DNA of 64,000 bases. Origin: Candidatus Methanosuratincola verstraetei (GTDB lineage: Archaea; Thermoproteota; Methanomethylicia; Methanomethylicales; Methanomethylicaceae). Under the pieces are notes generated by a model. It made no database searches. It was not told the origin of the DNA and saw only the letters and a program-made list of their open reading frames with translations. The position numbers were made by a program, and so were the translations under genes. Within the stretch, counting starts at the first letter, position 1, and every line of letters begins with the position of its first letter. The DNA lies in NCBI GenBank assembly GCA_049570475.1, contig CP186953.1:1159658-1223657 (forward strand), written 5' to 3'. Positions 57,653 through 64,000 of this stretch are shown here, piece after piece.

Positions 57653-58675
57653 ATGAAGGTAAGGGTAGGTATAAACGGATACGGAACAATCGGGAAGCGG
57701 GTTGCGGATGCAGTACTTATGCAGAGGGACATGATCCTGGCTGGGGTCACCAAGACCAAGCCGAACTTCGAGGCAAGGATGGCAAGGCAGAAGGGGATAA
57801 AGGTCTACGCCGCGTCCGCAGAGAAGCTGCAGGCATTCAAGGACGCCGGCATGGATGTCCAAGGGACTCTGGAGGATCTCCTCAATGAGGTCGACGTGAT
57901 AGTCGACTGCACCCCGGGTAAGGTCGGGGCGACCTACAAGCCCCTGTACGAGAAGCACAAGGTCAAGGCGATATTCCAGGGGGGCGAGAAGCACGAAGTG
58001 GCGGGCTTCTCGTTCAACGCGGCCTGCAACTACAAGGAGGCCCTCGGCAGGGATTTCGTGAGGGTGGTCTCCTGCAACACCACAGGGCTCTGCAGGTCCC
58101 TCTACTCGATGGACACCGCATTCGGCATCAAGAAAGCCAGGGTGGTCCTGATCAGGAGGGGGGCTGACCCATCGGAGGACAAGAAGGGCCCTATAAACAG
58201 CATCCTCCCTGACCCTGTGAGCATCCCGTCGCACCACGGCCCGGACGTCCAGAAGGTCCTGCCCAAGATCGACATAACGACCTCGGCTTTCGCCGTCCCC
58301 ACCACCCTGATGCATGTCCACTGGCTCAACCTGGAGCTGCAGAAAGAGGCAGCGGAGCCGGAGATCCTCTCCGCTCTCTCGAAGTACCCGCGGATAAGGC
58401 TGGTCTCGGCTTCCGACGGGATCGACTCGACTGCCCAGGTGATAGAGTACGCTAGGGACCTGGGGAGGCGCAGATACGACATGCCCGAGCTCATAATCTT
58501 CAAGGAGTCGATCAAGTCCTTCGGAAGGGAGGTCTACCTGACACAGGCGGTCCACCAGGAGTCGATAGTCGTCCCGGAAAACATCGACGCCATAAGGGCA
58601 ATGACCAACCTCTGCGGTACTGCCGAGGAGTCGATGAGGATGACGGACGAGAGCCTGGGGCTGGGGGGAACCTGA
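57653..58675 (+). CDS. gap: Glyceraldehyde-3-phosphate dehydrogenase, archaeal type II
   Basis: Begins MKVRVGINGYGTIGKRVADAV and has the catalytic Cys in VVSCNTTGL. Confidence 0.9.
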   Translation: MKVRVGINGYGTIGKRVADAVLMQRDMILAGVTKTKPNFEARMARQKGIKVYAASAEKLQAFKDAGMDVQGTLEDLLNEVDVIVDCTPGKVGATYKPLYEKHKVKAIFQGGEKHEVAGFSFNAACNYKEALGRDFVRVVSCNTTGLCRSLYSMDTAFGIKKARVVLIRRGADPSEDKKGPINSILPDPVSIPSHHGPDVQKVLPKIDITTSAFAVPTTLMHVHWLNLELQKEAAEPEILSALSKYPRIRLVSASDGIDSTAQVIEYARDLGRRRYDMPELIIFKESIKSFGREVYLTQAVHQESIVVPENIDAIRAMTNLCGTAEESMRMTDESLGLGGT

Positions 58676-58679
58676 GGCC

Positions 58680-59102
58680 TTGTTCAAGAAGATCCTGATA
58701 CCGATCGACGGTTCCCCAGCCTCGCTGAGGGCCCTCGACCTAGCGATCGAGTTCGCGATGAAGGACGGATCGAAGCTGACCCTCATCCATGTGGTAAGCC
58801 CTACCCCCGTCTGCAGCAAGCCGGCTGTGATAGATGAGATGAAGAGCATCGGGAACTCTGTCCTAGAGGCTGCTGCTGCCAAGTGCGATGGCTTCGGGAT
58901 CTCCGCAAAGAAGGTTCTCAAGGTCGCGGAGGGCAACCAGACCTCGACCGCCTACGAGATCTTCAGGGAGGCTGTGGACGGAAACTACGACTGCGTGATC
59001 ATAGGGTCCAGGGGATACTCCGGGGGGATGGGGATCCTGATGGGTAGCGTCGCGATCTCGGTGGCGCTCAGCCTGCCCTGCACAACAATAATCGTCAGGT
59101 AG
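58680..59102 (+). CDS. Universal stress protein (UspA family)
   Basis: Starts ILIPIDGSPAS and ends with the C-terminal ATP-binding motif GSRGYSGGMGILMGSV. Confidence 0.8.
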   Translation: MFKKILIPIDGSPASLRALDLAIEFAMKDGSKLTLIHVVSPTPVCSKPAVIDEMKSIGNSVLEAAAAKCDGFGISAKKVLKVAEGNQTSTAYEIFREAVDGNYDCVIIGSRGYSGGMGILMGSVAISVALSLPCTTIIVR

Positions 59103-59164
59103 AATCCACGATCAGCTGTGCGGCTGGGTTAAGTTGGATCGATCGGATGGTCTGGTGAGGCTGC

Positions 59165-60565
59165 TTGCAGGGGAAGATCTCATTCGGGACTGACGGGTGG
59201 CGCTCCAGGCTGGACAGCGGCTTCACAGCCGAGAACGTCCGGCGGGTCGCTTTTGCCATAGCGGATCATATACTTGAATCCGGATCGACCGGGAGGGGTG
59301 TGTTCATAGGCTACGACGGGAGGGCTCACTCGAAGGGGTTTGCCGAGGAGTGCGCCCGCGTGCTCGCATCAAAGGGGATCCCCTCCTACCTCCCCCCCGG
59401 ACCATTGCCGACGCCGGTCGCCGCATTCTCTGCTGTCAGGTACTCGCTCGCCGGGTCCATAATGATTACTGCCTCGCACAACCCCCCCGAGTACAATGGC
59501 ATAAAGTTCATACCCGAATACGGCGGCCCTGCGATGCCCGATGTCACGAATGGGATAGAGAGCCGCATACCCGCCGAGCCCCCCGCCGTTACCGAAGCCG
59601 CAAGCAGCGGCCTGATCTCCGAGCTCGACCCCTATGAGGACTACCTCCGGCACCTGCGTGGGCTGGTCAAGTGCGATCTATCCGGTCTCCGCATCGTCCT
59701 TGATCCGATGCACGGCGCCACAGCGGGGTACGCGAGCAGGATCTTCTCCGAGATGGGGGCGGAAGTGGAGGCTGTGAGGGGCAAGATCGACCCATTGTTC
59801 GGGGGGACGATCCCCGATCCCACGCCCGAGAACCTCTCTGGGCTAAGGTCGAAGGTGATCGCGTCTGGATCAGACATGGGGATCGCATTCGACGGCGACG
59901 GGGACCGGATCGCCGCCGTCACAAGGGACGGGGTTTTCCTGGCGGTCAACCAGCTCCTCCCCATCCTCTACCTCCACATGATGGAGCGGAGGTCGATGGT
60001 CGGGGACGCCGCGAGGACGGTCGCGACGAGCCACTTGGTGGACAGGGTCGCGGACGACCACGGACAAAAGGTGATCGAGGTGCCGGTAGGCTTCAAGTAT
60101 ATCGGCGTGCTGCTCAGGGAGAATGCGGTCGTCATCGGCGGGGAGGAGAGCGGCGGCATGAGCTTCTTGAACCACATCCCCGAGAAGGACGGCATAGCCT
60201 CCGCCGCCATCCTAATGGAAGCGGTCAAGTCATCAGGCCAAAGCCTGGGCGGCCTATATAATGGGCTGATCTCCAAGTACGGGCGCCTTTGCTCAGCCAG
60301 GCTGGACCTCCGCGCCTCATTCGGGGGCGACATCATGCGCCTCATCGAGGGCGAAGCCGCAGCCAAGCGCGAGATCCTCCGCAGGAGGGTGGCTGGGGTG
60401 AACAGGAAGGACGGCATCAAGATCATGCTCGAGGACGGGTCCTGGATCCTCTTCAGGAAGTCTGGCACAGAGAACGTAGTGAGGATCTACGCAGAGTCTG
60501 GCGAGGATGCCCTCACGGCGGATCTCCTCTCGTACGGGAAATCCCTGGTTTTTAGTTTCATATGA
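59165..60565 (+). CDS. Phosphoglucomutase/phosphomannomutase (alpha-D-phosphohexomutase family)
   Basis: Active-site loop TASHNPPEYNGIKF, Mg site DGDGDR and GEESGG motif. Confidence 0.85.
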   Translation: MQGKISFGTDGWRSRLDSGFTAENVRRVAFAIADHILESGSTGRGVFIGYDGRAHSKGFAEECARVLASKGIPSYLPPGPLPTPVAAFSAVRYSLAGSIMITASHNPPEYNGIKFIPEYGGPAMPDVTNGIESRIPAEPPAVTEAASSGLISELDPYEDYLRHLRGLVKCDLSGLRIVLDPMHGATAGYASRIFSEMGAEVEAVRGKIDPLFGGTIPDPTPENLSGLRSKVIASGSDMGIAFDGDGDRIAAVTRDGVFLAVNQLLPILYLHMMERRSMVGDAARTVATSHLVDRVADDHGQKVIEVPVGFKYIGVLLRENAVVIGGEESGGMSFLNHIPEKDGIASAAILMEAVKSSGQSLGGLYNGLISKYGRLCSARLDLRASFGGDIMRLIEGEAAAKREILRRRVAGVNRKDGIKIMLEDGSWILFRKSGTENVVRIYAESGEDALTADLLSYGKSLVFSFI

Positions 60566-60614
60566 AACGGAAATTTTAAATTTGATCACGCGAAGCACCT
60601 ACCGGTGCTTCTTT

Positions 60615-61661
60615 GTGAAAAGATCGACCAAAGCATTGATCTTTGCAGTAATGGCGATAGTCGTCGCCTCCTCGGCAGGCATGCTCCTTGCGGGGGGTTA
60701 CCTGAATGGCTCCTCCGGCGTGAAGATAGTCGACATGTCGGGAAGGGTCGTCCAGCTGAACTCGACCGCCAACAGGGTCGTGATCTTGGAGTCATACTGG
60801 ACCGAGATCGCCTGCGCCCTCGGCGCCCAGGACAAGATAGTGGGCATCGGGAGCTACGTGACATCATCTGTCTTCATACCCGACTCGGTCAAGAACAAGA
60901 CCGTCGTCGGCAATGTCTTCTCGGGAGTCAACATTGAGACTGTCCTCTCCCTCAAGCCTGACCTGGTGATAATGGACTACGGGTACGGCAAGTCAGAGGA
61001 GATCGTGAGGGCGCTCGAGGGGGCCGGGGTGCCTGCCGTCACCCTCTTCGCAAAGAACTTCGCCGACATCGCGAACGCGACAGTGATCATAGGGCAGGCG
61101 CTCGGTAAGCAAGACCGGGCGCAGGCCCTCGCGGGCTACATCAACGGGATCCACTCCCAGCTGATGGCCAACGCCAGCAGGATACCTGTTGCCGAGAGGC
61201 CGCGCGTGCTGATCTGCAACCTCGACGTCTGGAAGGACGGGCTGATCTACACATACTCAAACACGAGCTGGGGCAACGTGGTCGTGGACGTCGGCGGGAT
61301 CAACGTCGCCCACGCGGGCTTCGGGGACAAGTCGTGGGTCAAGGTGAACATGGAGCAGGTCCTCCTTTGGGACCCTGACATCATCGTGATTGTCGGGAGG
61401 ACCCAGTCTGCACTCGCCTCCCAGATCAGCTCGATGAACGACACCAACTGGCTCAGCCTCCGAGCCGTCAGGGAGGGCAAGGTCTACCCTGTGCTCACCG
61501 GCTCTTATGACCGGAACAGCTACCTCGACTGGACCCCTAGGATGGTCGCCGGCGAGCTCCAGCTGGCTTCAATCATACAGCCTGCACACTTCGCCTCCGT
61601 CAACTGGACGTCCGTCAGGGACCAGCTCATGGACGGGTACTACGGTTACCTGAAAAGCTGA
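60615..61661 (+). CDS. ABC transporter substrate-binding protein, TroA/FecB/BtuF class (iron-siderophore/cobalamin-type)
   Basis: Signal/TM N-terminus MKRSTKALIFAVMAIVVASSAG. Type III PBP pattern RVVILESYWTEIACALG...IVGIG. Confidence 0.7.
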   Translation: MKRSTKALIFAVMAIVVASSAGMLLAGGYLNGSSGVKIVDMSGRVVQLNSTANRVVILESYWTEIACALGAQDKIVGIGSYVTSSVFIPDSVKNKTVVGNVFSGVNIETVLSLKPDLVIMDYGYGKSEEIVRALEGAGVPAVTLFAKNFADIANATVIIGQALGKQDRAQALAGYINGIHSQLMANASRIPVAERPRVLICNLDVWKDGLIYTYSNTSWGNVVVDVGGINVAHAGFGDKSWVKVNMEQVLLWDPDIIVIVGRTQSALASQISSMNDTNWLSLRAVREGKVYPVLTGSYDRNSYLDWTPRMVAGELQLASIIQPAHFASVNWTSVRDQLMDGYYGYLKS

Positions 61662-61706
61662 TAAGCACCCCCTTTTCCCCTTTCTTCATACCTTGAGTGG
61701 TTCCAA

Positions 61707-62726
61707 ATGCAAAAAAAGAGGATACTTATCTCCGCGCTGCTTCTGCTCCCGCTGCCCGTGCTAGTGACATCCCTCTTCGTGGGCATCTACTCGATCGACC
61801 CTTTCACCGTGCTAAGCATTCTCGCAAAGCGCGTCTCAGACCCGCTGGGGTCGGCGCCCTGGCCGGAGGTGTACGAGACGATCGTCTTCAACATCCGCAT
61901 GCCAAGGGTCCTCCTCGCCCTGGTGGGGGGGATCGCCCTCTCAGTCTCCGGCGCCTCGCTCCAGGGAGTCTTCAGGAACCCGCTCGTCGACACCTACATC
62001 CTGGGGGTCTCGGCGGGCGCAGGGCTCGGCGCAGCGATCGGGATCGCCTACTTCGCGGGGATCCCCGGATCAGTCCAGTTCCTCTCCTTCGCGATGGGAT
62101 TCGCCGCCTTCTTCACGACCTACACCGTCGCCAAGAGCAAGGGCGAGACCCCGGTCATATCCCTCGTCCTCGCGGGCGTGATAGTGACCGCGCTCTTCTC
62201 GGCGCTCCTCTCCATAATCAAGTTCTTCACCGAGTCGGAGAAGCTCGCTGGCGTTGTGTATTGGATGATGGGGAGCCTCGCGGTGACAGGTTGGGGGCCG
62301 CTCAGCCAGACCGCCCCCCTGATCCTGGTTGGGTTCGCGATCGTCTTCCTCATGCGGTGGAGGATAAACGTGCTCTCCATGGGGGACGAGGAGGCGAAGG
62401 CCCTCGGGGTAAACGTGGGGAGGGACAGGTTTGTCGTGCTGCTTGCTTCGACGCTCATGGTCTCCGCCTTCGTCTCCGTTGCTGGCATAATCGGCTGGAT
62501 AGGCCTCGTCGTACCGCACACGGTGAGGATGCTCTTGGGCACCCCTGACAACAGGGTCGTCGTGCCCGTTTCCGCCAGCCTCGGGGCGGTCTTCCTGATG
62601 GTCGCGGACGACCTGGCGCGCTCGGTAGCCTCGTTCGAGCTCCCGGTCGGGGTGATCACCACCCTGGTCGGGGCCCCGTTCTTCCTCTACCTGCTCAAGC
62701 TGAGGGGGGGATCTGCATGGAAGTAG
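61707..62726 (+). CDS. ABC transporter permease, FecCD/BtuC family
   Basis: About 9 TM helices, typical FecCD motifs. Confidence 0.8.
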   Translation: MQKKRILISALLLLPLPVLVTSLFVGIYSIDPFTVLSILAKRVSDPLGSAPWPEVYETIVFNIRMPRVLLALVGGIALSVSGASLQGVFRNPLVDTYILGVSAGAGLGAAIGIAYFAGIPGSVQFLSFAMGFAAFFTTYTVAKSKGETPVISLVLAGVIVTALFSALLSIIKFFTESEKLAGVVYWMMGSLAVTGWGPLSQTAPLILVGFAIVFLMRWRINVLSMGDEEAKALGVNVGRDRFVVLLASTLMVSAFVSVAGIIGWIGLVVPHTVRMLLGTPDNRVVVPVSASLGAVFLMVADDLARSVASFELPVGVITTLVGAPFFLYLLKLRGGSAWK

Positions 62727-63487
62727 TCCGGATCTCTGGGCTCGAGTTCTCTTACGGCGACCTATTCTCCGTGAGTGCAGACTCGCTATCCGTCGGGGGC
62801 GGCGAGGTCCTCACGCTCCTGGGCCCAAACGGTTCGGGCAAGACGACCCTGCTCAAGTGCATCAACGCGCTCCTGAAGCCTTGCTCCGGATCAATCGAAA
62901 TCTGCGGCAGGGACATCCTTAGCTACACCAGGAACGAGCTATCGAGGGCTATCGGCTACGTCCCCCAGTCGCACACCCCTTCCTTCCCCTTCTCGGTGCT
63001 GGACGTTGTCCTGATGGGGAGGGTCTCGTACCTGAGCATCTTCCAGCAGCCCTCGAAGGCTGACTACAGGAAAGCTGAGGAGGCGCTCTCGACCGTCGGA
63101 ATCTCGGCCATGCGCGACCGTCCATACACGAACATCAGCGGTGGCGAGAGGCAGCTCGTGCTGATCGCCCGGGCGATAGCGCAGGAGCCGAAGCTCCTCC
63201 TACTCGACGAGCCGACCGCCCACCTCGACTTCCGGAACCAGGTCACGACGCTCGAGACCGTCAGGAGGCTCTCAAGGGAGAGGGGAATCGGGGTTGTGAT
63301 GAGCCTCCACGACCCGAACCACGCACTGATGTACTCCGACCGCATAGCCTTGATGAAAGGCGGGAGGATCCTGCACAAGGGGCGCCCTGGGGACGTTGTC
63401 AACGAGGGTACGATCGAGGAGGTCTACGGGATCCCAGTCGAGATGATCGATCACAACGGGAGGAAGTTCATACTCCCGCGGGTCTGA
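62717..63487 (+). CDS. ABC transporter ATP-binding protein (FecE/BtuD-like)
   Basis: Walker A GPNGSGKTT, LSGGERQ, Walker B LLLLDEP. Confidence 0.85.
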   Translation: MEVVRISGLEFSYGDLFSVSADSLSVGGGEVLTLLGPNGSGKTTLLKCINALLKPCSGSIEICGRDILSYTRNELSRAIGYVPQSHTPSFPFSVLDVVLMGRVSYLSIFQQPSKADYRKAEEALSTVGISAMRDRPYTNISGGERQLVLIARAIAQEPKLLLLDEPTAHLDFRNQVTTLETVRRLSRERGIGVVMSLHDPNHALMYSDRIALMKGGRILHKGRPGDVVNEGTIEEVYGIPVEMIDHNGRKFILPRV

Positions 63488-63644
63488 TCGGCTTTCATTG
63501 CCCTTTCCGGTCTACTTTCCTCTGCTTGTCTCATTCAGGCGACTTCCTGATGACGGCCCTTGCATTTTTGACATTTCGAAGATCGCGCGATATCCAAAAA
63601 AAGATAAGCCACCAGAAGATAAAAAACAATTGTTTGTTCTCCGC

Positions 63645-64000
63645 ATGGACAAATCACATGGCGTGGATGATCACATGGCGTCTGAGAGGCGTAAGACTTT
63701 CGTGGCCCGCGAGGATCTGCTCAAGGCAATAAGCGAGATCGCAAGGGAGAATGGCAAGAGCCTGTACGAGACCGTCAACGAGATCTTCGAATCGGCAATC
63801 TTGTTCCAAAAGGCTGGCGTGAGGATGGGCACGGCGCTAGAGGAATGCGGCAAAATGAGGGTCGCGAAGGAGGCCGGTTACATACTCTGCCTCGAGAACC
63901 TCTGGTCGGAGATCAACGAGGTCGCCTACAGGGCATCGCCAGCGGATGCAGCCGCTGCCTGGAAGCATGCCGGCGTCTGGTTCGGGAGGAAGCATGCCGC
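63645..64000 (+). CDS. Hypothetical protein, 3'-partial (runs off window); start at ATG 63645 or 63675
   Basis: Open GC3-biased frame with no stop to window end (…RKTFVAREDLLKAISEIARENGKSLYETVNEIFESA…). Confidence 0.35.
   Translation, partial: MDKSHGVDDHMASERRKTFVAREDLLKAISEIARENGKSLYETVNEIFESAILFQKAGVRMGTALEECGKMRVAKEAGYILCLENLWSEINEVAYRASPADAAAAWKHAGVWFGRKHA

Overview
This 64-kb window has about 60% GC and is archaeal. Supporting genes include S26e, Alba, an Sm protein, GatD/GatE, split GMP synthase, archaeal-type SAM synthetase, Dph6, TrmY, archaeal type-II GAPDH, cupin-type PGI and a DUF460/COG2433 protein. It is a densely packed stretch of core chromosome. I found no tRNA, rRNA, CRISPR array, transposase or integrase. 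The first 5.7 kb is the 3' part of a giant, 5'-truncated surface protein gene of at least 1900 aa. That gene contains about 16 tandem ~104-aa CnaB/SdrD-B-like Ca-binding repeats, is full of N-glycosylation sequons, and shows a ~310-bp periodicity at the DNA level. The rest encodes housekeeping and central metabolism: guaAA/guaAB, gatDE, glmS, purA, cofE, hypB, and an acyl-CoA carboxylase operon (accC-accB-pccB) with a family-III CoA-transferase and birA. It also encodes sufCB, pyrG, metK, fumarase class I alpha/beta, an Rqc2/NFACT homologue, a CBS-CBS-CBS-Mut7C-AMMECR1-glycosyltransferase operon and ATP-dependent DNA ligase. Near the 3' end are a gluconeogenic/glycolytic cluster (cPGI-pgk-gap-usp-pgm) and a FecBCD-like ABC transporter. 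The most unusual feature is a single 827-codon ORF in which a complete tungsten-type aldehyde:ferredoxin oxidoreductase (AOR) is fused in frame, with no linker, to a complete 3-hexulose-6-phosphate synthase (HPS). A SAMP/MoaD-like diglycine protein is encoded divergently, and a (CCTT/TCCTT)n polypyrimidine tract sits in the shared promoter region. Other points worth a second look are listed here. The conserved essential gene purA is interrupted exactly inside its P-loop codons by a 28-nt near-palindromic insertion flanked by a GGT direct repeat. Alba carries a -1 frameshift in a G-run. GuaAB carries a diverged internal duplication of its C-terminal motif. A 600-bp AT-rich island carries an ArsR-family gene divergent from DUF460. 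A 51-codon zinc-ribbon ORF lies divergent from an orphan hypB and would fall below a 60-aa ORF cutoff. Many long ORFs in the six-frame track are antisense shadow ORFs typical of high-GC DNA and were rejected.
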